Shown piece by piece: positions 1 through 10,332 of a DNA stretch of 64,000 nucleotides (position 1 is its first letter; every line of letters starts with the position of its first letter). The notes beneath the pieces were generated by a model. It was not told the origin of the DNA, searched no databases, and saw only the letters and a program-made list of their open reading frames with translations. Source of the stretch: Hyphochytrium catenoides (Eukaryota > Protista > Hyphochytriomycota); assembly GCA_900088475.1 (NCBI GenBank), contig FLMG01001651.1, positions 1-64,000 of the forward strand, read 5' to 3'. The position numbers and the translations under genes were made by a program.

Positions 1-120
1 GATTTGAGAGAGGCGAAATGTAGGTTTTTGTTCAGAACAACTTTCCACGTTTTCCCTGTAATATGACCTAGCAAAATAGAACTGAATAGCTGATGAAGTT
101 TGAGACAATGAAGGGCATGC

Positions 121-205
121 TTTCCTAGTTCTACTCTCCTAGAACAAGTGAAAAAGAATTGGGGAACACTTCAGAGAAAGGCTGGCTCTGGAAGACCAAA
201 AGTCA
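121..205 (+). mobile_element. Possible Tc1/mariner transposase N-terminal remnant
   Basis: Translates FPSSTLLEQVKKNWGTLQRKAGSGRPKV, resembling the HTH-end/GRPR linker of Tc1-type transposases. No DDE domain or TIR seen. Confidence 0.25.
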
Positions 206-699
206 AAAGCTGGCGCAAGTTCTTTGCTATGGAACTCCGTTTTGGGCAGGTTCTATTTGCCTTGAAATCCAATAGAGGGCGACCATATTCAAGCTTTAGA
301 ACCTCCAATGTGGGAGATTGTTGCATGGCTGCATTCGTATTCCTTATAATTAGAGCTATATGGTCTCAAATCAAGCATTACGCGATTCCTATTCTAGATT
401 GATATGTGAAGAGGAGATAAATGGCTAATTTCCCACCTGCCGCTTTTTCGCACCATGAAACTTCGTACTGCGTTATTTCTTCAAAATAGTCTATGTAAGT
501 GGCAACTATATATTGGATGATTTGTAGTATATCACGAATAAGCTAGTAATTTAGAACCCTTAGGTGCTGCCACTTGATATTTGACAGCCTCTCCTTTTGC
601 TTCGGACAATGAATCCACTGTGTTTCTGTGGGTCTGGAGAGTGCGATCCAGCTCCCGTCTTACTATCTCCCTTTAGGCCAGCGATCTGCTGATGGGGAA

Positions 700-830
700 G
701 TCAGTTCTTTGCCACACTGTGCGCTGTCCCGTGTTTTGCACTGTATCATTGGCGCTTTCGAACTACGAGTACCTCCGTAATAACTTACTAACTCTAGGAA
801 CTGTTGTACCTCCCTCCCCTTTTGTTGCTT
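700..830 (-). mobile_element. Possible Ty3/gypsy pol relic (RT-RNase H connector)
   Basis: REVQQFLELVSYY resembles the gypsy motif xVxxFLGLxxYY, followed by KELTSP. The rest is degenerate. Confidence 0.3.
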
Positions 831-1414
831 ATTAGGCGTTGATTCTCTTTTGACTTGTAGGTACAGGTGTCCCACCAATAGAAATAGGGGAAATAGAGGC
901 GGACCATTGACACGGGCTCGCACCTAAATTAGGTGCTTCATCGCTCCCTCTTCAAAGTCTTACCTCAGAGGTAGGAAATCACAATGTTGTGCACAACAGT
1001 ACAAGCCAAGAATGACAGAGAGAGCGACAAACCGGAGACATATCACGGAACTGCATTTCGTATAGAGGGAGCTAAATAGTTTCGGTGATACAGCACTGCA
1101 ACAGGCTAAGTGTACAATAAAGTTTGGAGTGACGTTACACAGGTGTTGGGGCTTCTCCTATCATTTGTACTGGGAAACTTCTGGTTCTTGCTAGTGTTGC
1201 ATCACCGGCTGTTGATGACCCCTAAAGCGCTTTGCTCGTCACTCTTGATACAGCCTTGACCATCCGAGACAGGCTTGTGTGGATAGTTGAAGGTCCTTCT
1301 CTCTTTGCTACATGCCATCTAATCTTCTTCATACTCAATAACAGAGACAAGACCTCGTCTTGAAGAATCGGCGCACGAGAACAATCAGTAATAAAAAGAG
1401 ACAGCAAAGCCAGA

Positions 1415-1545
1415 TTGACGCAGTTTGTAGAGTGCAAACTGTACATCTCAAGAGCAAGCCCCACTCTGGTGCTCCTAGAACTACTTGTACTCCTAGGAGC
1501 CTTCTGTGGCTCACTCTACACTCTATTCACTACCAAAGGATCCCA
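1415..1545 (+). pseudogene. Decayed copy of the local multi-TM family
   Basis: LTQFVECKLYISRASPTLVLLELLVLLGAFCGSLYTLF aligns by eye with LKKFIRNPCVLSRSHLASISLFGLFIGLLSSTLHLSL of ORF 6283-7260. Confidence 0.4.
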
Positions 1546-1563
1546 AGATCCTGTTAGAGCTAG

Positions 1564-1965
1564 TCATTCCTTGTTCCCACCTCTTGAGCTGGCTGGTAAC
1601 AAGGCGTTGCTGTCGCCCATTTTATCAAGGGATTGGCCCTGGCAAGTCCTGTTGAGCCATTGATAGTAGAAGGGGCAACGGAACGAGGCATAAAGAAGAC
1701 GGTACAGGATGCATACAAAGTGGGCGAAGCGCAGTAATCCTGAAGATTTTCCTACCGCCATTGTGCAAAACAGTAATAGCCAGCGGGCTGGTAGGAGAAG
1801 CAACACCAGGGGCAAATGATAGCTGGGAAAAGGTACTTGCTGATCCTTCTGTTGGCCCCCGGAGACGACAACAGAAGTGACGAATCGAAACAACCTTCGG
1901 CTCCTTGATTGGATCTTAGGAGGAGCATAATCTCGTCTTCCCTCTTCTGCTACTTCCATTAACAA
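1564..1965 (-). pseudogene. Possible decayed copy of the local multi-TM family
   Basis: RSRRLFRFVTSVVVS followed by hydrophobic segments, versus RSKVLLKKFIRNPCVLS of ORF 6283. Weak match. Confidence 0.3.
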
Positions 1966-2240
1966 TCGCCGCCGCCGCTCCTACTGGTTGTAGTGTCAAC
2001 GTAGCAGTGCCTCATTCTGATGATACACCATGCCCCTCCTCCTGTCTGCACCGACAATTATTGCCCTCTTAGTCGTGAAGTCTTACGATGACCGTGGTTT
2101 TCTCCCCTCATCCTCATTAGTGTCCTTCCTCTTCTGGTTGGTGACTTAATCAGGAAGCAATAGTAGCAGACCAACTCTCCTCCTCCTCCCTACACCTCTT
2201 TCTTCACTTTTTTCCTCTTCTTCTGCGGCTGCGGCAGCAC

Positions 2241-2700
2241 TTGGTGGCAGCAAACTCTTCTAGAGGGATCTTGTGCCTCAGAGCACTGGCTGTGGTGGCA
2301 AAGATGGCTGTCACTCATGTCGCAAACGCGATTGTGTTTTCGTTCCAACCACAAAATACACTTCTTCTTCATGCTCATGGTCATCTATGGTCAAGATACT
2401 ACAAAGGTGAAAGAGAGACAGAGAAGAAGGGCTGACATCCGCCTATTCAGGAGCTACGACTTTAGAACTATTGCCACCCGACTGGAACGATGGCAAGAGA
2501 AAGCTTAATGCACTGCAATCCACAACTTTCTTTTGTCCTTGGTTGGTTGCAGAAGAAGGCCATCACAAGACGCCAGTGATGGGTGATAGTAATCTTCTTC
2601 AGCAACACAGATGCTTCCCTCACTTCTTGGGTGTTGATTATGGCACATGGAAGTGCATACCTACTGCATGGCTATTATGGGCAGTCTGGTCCCCTTGATC
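2241..2700 (+). pseudogene. Decayed, frameshifted copy of the local multi-TM family
   Basis: VTHVANAIVFSFQPQNTLLL versus IGLLSSTLHLSLEVETALWV. The hydrophobic stretch continues in a second frame (FFFMLMVIY). Confidence 0.35.
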
Positions 2701-3539
2701 CACCTCTCTAATAAGAGTAAGAGGCGACTAGCGGGAGATGGCGGTGGTCGTATTATCTCCTCTCTTGTTCTTCTTGCTTCCACAAGTGATGGTGCTTGTG
2801 TGCTGCGCCTAAGTCAAAATAGTTGGCCTTGATACGAGGATAGATCGAAGCTTGAAGGTAGGAGTAGCTGCCAGACCAGAATGAGTATCATCTAAGAGAC
2901 CCACAAAGCCAGACGAAGATGATGAAAGTTTTATTGGTATCGCCACTTATCATATAGTTGTCGTTCATTGTTGCCCACCTCGTAGTATCAAATGGAGAGG
3001 TCCTACTTGAGAAGTGCCGTGAATAAGATGAACCAGACGCTGAAGAACAGCACATTTAGTCATCTGACAAGCTGGCTCTTCAGGAAAATCGCCCACGAAA
3101 GCATGAAATGTCCTACAAAGTCAAGGACAACAGTACTACTGATGAAGCGACCGTCTGGGGTGGGCGGGACGGCGGAAGAAGATGAGGTGGTGACGAGCAT
3201 CTAGCTTCACCACGTATAATGGCTAAATAGATGTGAGGGATACGTGACTCTTTTCTGTTCAACTCCTCCCCATCATCATCTTTCCGCTACACTATCTTCT
3301 TGGGCACATCCTGGTATTCATCGCGAGGCAGGTAACCTTTATTGTGCGCCTCTCACCACGTTTGCCGTGAAAATCTTTCGATCTACTATCACATATCTCG
3401 TACCACCATCTTTGGTCCACCCGTACAAAGTATGAGAAATGAAGAGTTGCAGCTATGATGCATCCCTTCTGATGAGCCGGCGGCTTCTCGTTCCACAGCT
3501 GCCGATAGGATAAAGACACTGAGAAAGGTTGCCCTGCCA

Positions 3540-3770
3540 CAGATGTATCAGCTGGGTACTGTCGTTGATGATGATCTATCATGAGGTTCATCTTTGTCCA
3601 GGATCCTAATGATGCACCATCAAGATTGGAGAGAACCACGACAAACAACAGGAATAGGGCGGTGAATCATGTGCAATAAGGATCACACACATAAGAAGTG
3701 CATCCGCAGCAATACAAGAAAACAAAAAGCTCGACGGTGGCAGCCAGACAGTGATTAATAAGTGCTATCG
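3540..3770 (-). pseudogene. Possible decayed copy of the local multi-TM family
   Basis: LLMCVILIAHDSP versus LCTIAVILVHEP, followed by ALFLLFVVVLSNL in another frame. Confidence 0.25.
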
Positions 3771-4259
3771 GTCCTGCTGGACCGGATGTCTTCTACATCG
3801 ATGAGGATCGGCGGGCACATACTCCTGATTGAGTCACAGCAGGTTCGTACAGATTAGGAACGCAGCAACCACATCTCAACCAATAACCTAGCTAGCCAAA
3901 CAGCACGCTACTTACCTCCCATCATTGGCGACGACGGCTGCCCATTCCTTGAAGAATTAAATCATCATCAGGCTCTTCCTGATCTTATTCTCTTCTATCC
4001 CCTTGTCCTCTTACACTTACTAATCTTTATTTCTTACCATTCTCATATCGTTTTGTGTCCACCATGTTACGTAGTAGAAAAGAAATAAGAAGTGAGTAGC
4101 AGGGACGAACTCTATAGCTGACGACCAGATCTAAGCTACTGATGCGAAGGCTCGAGAACATATGTACCCAGCTCCGCCATTTATTCAGCAGCTGCCGACG
4201 TTCCCATACAGTATGCTGTATTTACTTGCCGTTGATCATTAAACACTAGCTATCGCTGA

Positions 4260-5230
4260 TATTATTAGTGTATATATCATGTGCTTCCTGGTAGTAGTCG
4301 CCCTCGGGTGGGATAATGACGAGCTCTACATACTGAAGGCTAGCATAATAGCGGTTCATCCGCATTCTTCCTGCTGTTCAATGAAGGGTCGTGCTCCAGA
4401 TGTTGAGCCAAGTCTCTCCAGGTATAAACCAGGTCTCGTCTCAAGAGATATACAAGCAACCAGAACAAACAGCTTTTCGATAAGAGCATCGTCATCCCTG
4501 CTCTTCGGATCCATCCTGATCTGCCACTGTCCATGGACTTAGTCTGTTGCTAACAGTGCTCCTCCACTACGAAACTAACAATAAGGAGTTGCCCCATGCT
4601 GGACTTCGAATACACTTCAGGATACCTCTGATATTATGAAGAGAAGAAACAGCTTGTGGTTGACTATTTGTGAGTACTACATAACATTGGAGAGGGAAGG
4701 ATCATTCCTGTGCACAAACATCATCTCTTTCTGCAGTAAGGGGTGACTGAGGCTCAAAAGGTATGCAAGAAAGAACAAGCCTCCCCAAACAGCTTGTAAG
4801 GGAGACAGGGAGACATTATTCTAAAAAGTGTGCCGGTCCGGCAGAGTAGCGGATCCAAACAATTGGAAGCCAGTTAACTTGAATGATCAGCAAAAGGGAG
4901 GCGATCTTCTTGGATCTATATCTGGCCGGACAAAGTCCATGCAAACAGCAGAAGTAAGGTACAGTAGCTACGAGAGCAGTGGGTAGGAAGGAACTTTGTG
5001 TTCTGACAGTTCTGACTCAGGTCAGCATCACCTTCCTTCAAAGACAGAGTTAAAGCTGATGATGATAGTCTCTGATGATAAGCGGAAGAACCAAGAACGG
5101 CCTGCAGTTGAGTTCGTGATGAGCCCCAGACAAAGCTGAGCTTCGAGCTTCAAGTTGGTCTTGTAGCGTCACAAGACAACTTCATAGAGACCCAGCAACT
5201 AGATAACTTTCACATCAGAACAATTCTTGG
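4260..5230 (-). pseudogene. Inverted, decayed paralog of ORF 6283-7260
   Basis: Collinear matches across stops and frameshifts: I*LLGLYEVVL*RYKTNLKLEAQLCL ~ ISLFGLFIGLLSSTLHLSLEVETAL; IASLLLIIQV ~ LRSMLVVHI; GMTMLLSKSCLFWLLVYLL ~ GSIAMTATSAFYSALSILL; VELVIIPPEGD ~ LEFVFYDKEHD. Confidence 0.5.
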
Positions 5231-5619
5231 TAGGTTTCACAGCTCTCAGTACTCCTCTTTCTTTGCTTTCTTTCCTTTCCTTTCCATGAAGCTTTCGTTA
5301 TTTGGCGGTTGGGTTTGGTCCTTGGGCTGTTTGAACTTTGACGCGCATCTTTCCCTCCTCTTTCGCTTCCCCTCAGGAAAGCCCAATAATCAGCAATCCC
5401 AACGATTACTTTTCCCAGTCAAAACGTAAGGGCCTTTATAATGATGGAGGAGGTCAGCTGGCATGCACCACTACGTTGTTGATGGAGGGCGGAGCACGGA
5501 TTTAGAATAAATGGGCACTAACACACAACGAAACCAGAATGAGTATGCCTACTATCTGGGATGATTGCGGGGTTCCAGGCGGGATGATACAACGATGTAT
5601 ACAGTTCAGACAAACACAT

Positions 5620-6010
5620 ACTTTTGCTCCCATTCTCTGTCTCTTTCTCGCTCTGACTCACTCCTCTCTGTCCCTCTCTCTCTCTTCTGCCTATGTCTTC
5701 TCTTCACGTCTCTATGTCTTTCTTGCTCACTCTGTTTCTCTCTCGCTCGACTAAGCTCTTTTGTCTTTTAGGGCTCTCCCACCCTTTCCTTTCCCTGTTC
5801 CATCCTCTTGGTTTCTCCCTCCACTCATCCTCAATTTTCCTCCTCTGCCTTCCCTCTCCCTTTCTTTCCTTCGGTCTCTTCTCTTCTGCGTCCCTTATTA
5901 TGTGCGCCGTGGGCCGCCTTGTCTTGCTCTCAGACAGGGCTTCTGGTGGAGCTCTTGTACCTCTCTTTGCCTCTCTTCTCCCCTGCTGTCTCGCTACCTC
6001 TCACCCTCGA
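5620..6010. repeat. CT-rich low-complexity tract
   Basis: Imperfect (CT)n/(CTTT)n run, which produces the spurious Ser/Leu ORFs in the track. Confidence 0.85.
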
Positions 6011-6282
6011 TCCCATGTCCAACAACACCACGCCCAAAAGTTCGAGAAGAAACGGGACTGGCTGTTGTTTGGCAAGTAGATAACACGCAAGCAACAGATA
6101 AAGAACTGGAAAAACAGGACTGCCAGCATCCTTCAAGTAGCACAGTGCTTGAGATTCCAGTCTCCAGCTTCCGTTCTCGATAGCACGCACGTCCGGTCAT
6201 TGGCTGGAGCAGCGACAAGAGCGTCTTACAGAGCTTGCGAAGCCTTTCTTTCTAAGGTCCCGCAGCAAGCAGCGCGGTAAAA

Positions 6283-7260
6283 ATGGAGTCCGCGAAGGAG
6301 CGGGCGAACGTGAGATGCTACGAGATTAACAGATCATCCCTCCACGAACTGGCTTCCTTCAAACATAACCAGGAGGATAGTCGGCCCACCAGAGAAGTTC
6401 ACGTGGCATTTACCCAGAGACCAAGCGAAGATTCTCTAAGTGAGTCGGATTCTGACGGATGCAAGGAGCAAGGAATGGGCTCTGTCACCTTGAAGAGATC
6501 AAAAGTGCTCCTCAAAAAGTTCATACGCAATCCTTGCGTCCTAAGCCGCTCCCATCTAGCTTCCATCAGCTTATTCGGCTTATTTATAGGACTTCTCAGT
6601 TCAACCTTGCACTTATCACTGGAAGTGGAGACGGCACTATGGGTTTATTATTCATTGTGCACGATTGCGGTGATTCTTGTGCATGAGCCTAAGCAAAGAG
6701 TCTTGAGATCGATGCTGGTCGTGCACATCCTAGCCCGGATTTGGTCTGCAGATGTGAAGCTTGTGGCTCTCTTGGCCTTTGATGAGGGCATTGCAGGACC
6801 TGCGTGGATGGAGCATTACCGGACCACATCCCTCGAGCATTGGTTTTCCGTGACTTGGAGCTCAGAAGTGCTGGTTGGCCTTATCTTCGGATTAGCGTCA
6901 GCTTTGATTGCGCACGGGATGCTTCTACTTCTTCGTGTCAAGAGTTTAGCAGGGCTGCGGAAGGCCATCCTAGATCTGGTGAATAGTGTAAAAGACGGTT
7001 CTATTGCAATGACTGCAACGTCTGCCTTCTATTCTGCCCTCTCGATACTTCTCTCCCCTGAACATGACAAAGGACCGCAGCAAGGGACTCACAGGAGACA
7101 CTCCTGGACACAGAGTGTTCTTCTCCATATCAATACCATCATCTCTGTTCACCAAGAAGACAGACTGGAGTTCGTCTTTTATGACAAGGAACATGACCCA
7201 ACTGGACTCCATCCTTCGGACAACCATTACGAAGATAGTGATAGTCAAAATGAGGAGTAG
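6283..7260 (+). CDS. Uncharacterised multi-pass membrane protein (325 aa), the intact reference member of the local family
   Basis: Uninterrupted ATG-TAG ORF with about 4-5 hydrophobic segments and an acidic tail. A short terminal intron at about 7257-7301 could extend it to about 7356. Confidence 0.7.
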   Translation: MESAKERANVRCYEINRSSLHELASFKHNQEDSRPTREVHVAFTQRPSEDSLSESDSDGCKEQGMGSVTLKRSKVLLKKFIRNPCVLSRSHLASISLFGLFIGLLSSTLHLSLEVETALWVYYSLCTIAVILVHEPKQRVLRSMLVVHILARIWSADVKLVALLAFDEGIAGPAWMEHYRTTSLEHWFSVTWSSEVLVGLIFGLASALIAHGMLLLLRVKSLAGLRKAILDLVNSVKDGSIAMTATSAFYSALSILLSPEHDKGPQQGTHRRHSWTQSVLLHINTIISVHQEDRLEFVFYDKEHDPTGLHPSDNHYEDSDSQNEE

Positions 7261-7630
7261 GTTCCGCTGTAGATGTATAGACCGTAGTGAAAACGTCTGA
7301 AGACTGGACGACGAGACAGTTGAGGAGATTGTCCACACAACGGGTTCAGACATATAGATACGAGGCAGATAGAAAGTAGGTCAAGATCTTAGATGTAGCT
7401 TGTCAGTCCTGCCAGTGTTGGCCTATTTATTGGTATAACCTAGAAGCTTATGAGGTTTCACTGCTGCCAGGAGCGTGGGTTCCATAGATTGCACTGTTGA
7501 CACAGGTGAAGTGTCCATGACCTCGACTGCCAATACGGCAACTGCTACGGGGTCGGTGGAACGAGGTCCACATGGCAGAGCTGACATGTACTGAACAGAA
7601 TAGCCATATTTGTCGTTATGAGTATAAGCC

Positions 7631-8153
7631 TCATCCCCGAACTGGAGGAACATATTTCCGAGTATGGTACACGCTCTCGTCCACCTGAAAGAGTAAAAGT
7701 AAGTTGAGCATAGTGGTGCTGCTGGCTTCACATATAGAAGAGGCCTTACCTTCCAGCCCTCAACGTTTTTCATAATCTCTGCCTCTCTCATAACCTCCAT
7801 CTTCCGTAATAGTGCCTCCTGCTGGCAGTCGATAGCGTCTGTGTATGCTAGAATGGCCTCGCGAAAGCGCCTTTGTTTCATATTGAACCAGGTATTTTCC
7901 TTCTTGGCGTGCCAAGCCTGATAGTGCCCAAATGCAGTAGCCCCAATTACTAGCCCCCATATAACATAACCTGTCCGCAGCCGCAAGCACAAGTCAGATA
8001 TCTACACCGCAATTTGGAAGACCGGCCGTGAGTTGTTAGCTTACCAGGAGGGCCTCTGATACTAGGCACTCGTCGATCCCAAACAACTCTGCCATAGCCA
8101 CCAGGAGGCGGAACGTCCTGAATAGGCTTACCCTTGCCCGGTACCGTAGCCAT
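7631..8153 (-). CDS. NDUFA13: NADH:ubiquinone oxidoreductase subunit A13 (GRIM-19/B16.6), 3 exons
   Basis: QDVPPPGGY...RRVPSIRGPPG, one TM helix, then EAEIMKNVEGWK|VDESVYHT, the GRIM-19 signature. GT-AG introns restore the frame. Confidence 0.93.
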
Positions 8154-8775
8154 AGTTCAAAGTGTAACAGGAGTTGCAACCAGTCAGCTCCCTACAATCA
8201 AACTGACCACCTAGCACTGAGCGGCTCTGAGGTAATAAGGATAGGAAGTCAGAGCATTGGGAAGCACCAATCTTCGTTTGCCTTTCTGAAGATTATTGCG
8301 AAATTCATCCCTTATACCTTCGAAAGTCCGCAATTAGAAGCCGTGATTGCAGTCATGCATGTAGTGCTAAATCACGCTTCTTCGGAGGTTCTAGCACTGA
8401 CTGGCACATACCCTACAGCCTGACGAATTTTACAGGTATAATTGACAGAGTTGATTATATGGCTCCATTCGTGACCGAATTTACCTAGAAAGAACAGGTT
8501 TTGACATGAACAGTGAACCGTTTGCCGAAAACGGCTAATCTTCATGATTAAAGACGGTACCGGCTATAAAGGGTTCGCATCATCATGAACAGAAGCTCTG
8601 GGATTGCCACTGTTCCGCATCAGCGAAGAACGAAGTTTGCTGGTGCTGATAGAAAGGCAGACTTGTAAGTCATTCGCAGATCTGGTGATTGCTCAGGCAG
8701 TGTGCCAGTCTCATTCTATTAAACCAGAGATTGTTGATTAGGGATTGCAGCTATTCCTCTTTGGCTCCCATCAAC
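8154..8775. promoter_or_regulatory. Probable bidirectional promoter between NDUFA13 and COQ3
   Basis: Head-to-head start codons about 620 bp apart. No specific element identified. Confidence 0.4.
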
Positions 8776-10201
8776 ATGCTACCGGCAGCTCTAGGTGTAT
8801 TTCGCAGAACACGACCTGCCAGACGACAGGTATGGAACGGATCATCTTGTCAAGGACCATCTCTTCTTGTGTTGATGCCAGCGCCATAGTTGCGAAGCTT
8901 TGTCTCCAGTGCCGCTCCTGAAGGGACTCGGTCAACTGTCGATCAGCAGGAGCTTGATAAGTTCAGAAAGCTTTCAAGGTATACTGTCTACCCAAAGAGT
9001 TCTTCGAGTCAGCCAACTTCGTTCTTACTCATTTCAACCAGTGAATGGTGGGATCCCAACGGTCGCAATGGCGTGGGACCCCTTCATGCAATCAATAACG
9101 TTAGGGTTGACTACATTCGGCGGTGGGTGAAAACTCTTAGGTTCACGCTCATATTCTTCATGTGGTTGACTGGTGGGGCGATGGTCTTCAGGCAGGCTAT
9201 AGGAGGCTTAGATATCCATCCCATCATCGCGGATACTGGACATCCTCTTACGGGCTTGAAACTTGCGGACATTGGCTGTGGTGGAGGACTACTATCTGAG
9301 GTCGTGAAGGGTTGTTCATAACTAGAATGTCGCACCTACTGGCTCGACTCACACTCTATTAGCCTTTGGCTAGGCTTGGTGCGGAAGTGTTAGGCATAGA
9401 TCCATCTGAGGAGAATATTGCTGTCGCGAGTGACCACGCTCGGCAGGACCCTCGATGTAGGTCCATCACTTACAGAGCCATCACATCAGGTATTCATTGT
9501 ATAGACAACATCTTCATCAGCCTATTATTTGCTTCCTTCGTACTGATTGCATGGTAATGGTCAGATGTGCTCGTGAGAGAGGCCTTGCAGTTTGACATAG
9601 TCTGCGCATTAGAGGTAACTAGCTTGGTCTCCTTCTATGTCACGTGCCCATCGCGTCTCATACCAGTAATTCCAGGTCATTGAGCACGTCGCTGACGTTG
9701 ACTCCTTTCTTCGGGAGTGCACTTCGTCCTTAAAGGTTCGATTGACAATTGTGATGCTGCACGTCATACATAGTTTTTACGGATGTCCTCTCTCTTGTCA
9801 GCCTGGTGGACTCTTGTTCCTTTCTACCCTTAACAGAACTGTGAAATCCTATCTCATGAGCATCGTCGGGGCGGAGTATGTCTTGGGACTGATGCCGCCA
9901 GGTGAGTACATTTGCAGGCTCTTCGCTAGGAAAGGCACCCACACCAAGGTATCTACTGTTAGGTACTCATGACTTCAAGAAATTCCTCCAGCCCCATGAA
10001 GTGGTACACCGCCTTCGGAAGGTGAGAATCACTCTGGAAAACAGTACTCGCATTTTAACCTCCTAACTCTGGTGGCTGCAGCTTCATCTTGAGCCCTTGG
10101 ACGTAAGTGGGATCGTTGTTGATCCGCTGCGTTGGGCGTGGTCCATAGATCCTGAAGATGTTGACGTCAACTACATTCTCTGCGCTAAGAAGCAGGGCTA
10201 G
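8776..10201 (+). CDS. COQ3: Ubiquinone biosynthesis O-methyltransferase (COQ3/UbiG), multi-exon, mitochondrial presequence
   Basis: STVDQQELDKF, EWWDPNG...[79 protein letters not shown], DVNY. Confidence 0.95.
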
Positions 10202-10332
10202 ATCACCACTATTTATTAACTCTTTTTCAAGCAGTGAAGAATAGCATGGCGGGTCCTCCAGCTCTGATCAAGTTTGAGTCTCATTTGCTAAGCAGAAGCC
10301 TAAAGTAGCAGAAAAGACCGTAGCCATCGACA

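Noticed and set aside
4740-4800. LQAVWGGLFFLAYLL as a METTL22-like methyltransferase motif
   Set aside because: No SAM-binding motif follows. It fits better as a TM segment of the decayed family copy.
5539-6218. Cluster of Ser/Leu/Phe-rich ORFs (similar ones at 17.0-17.35, 29.0-29.27, 40.2-40.85 and 61.4-61.7 kb)
   Set aside because: They are artefacts of stop-poor CT/GA microsatellite tracts, several of them intronic.
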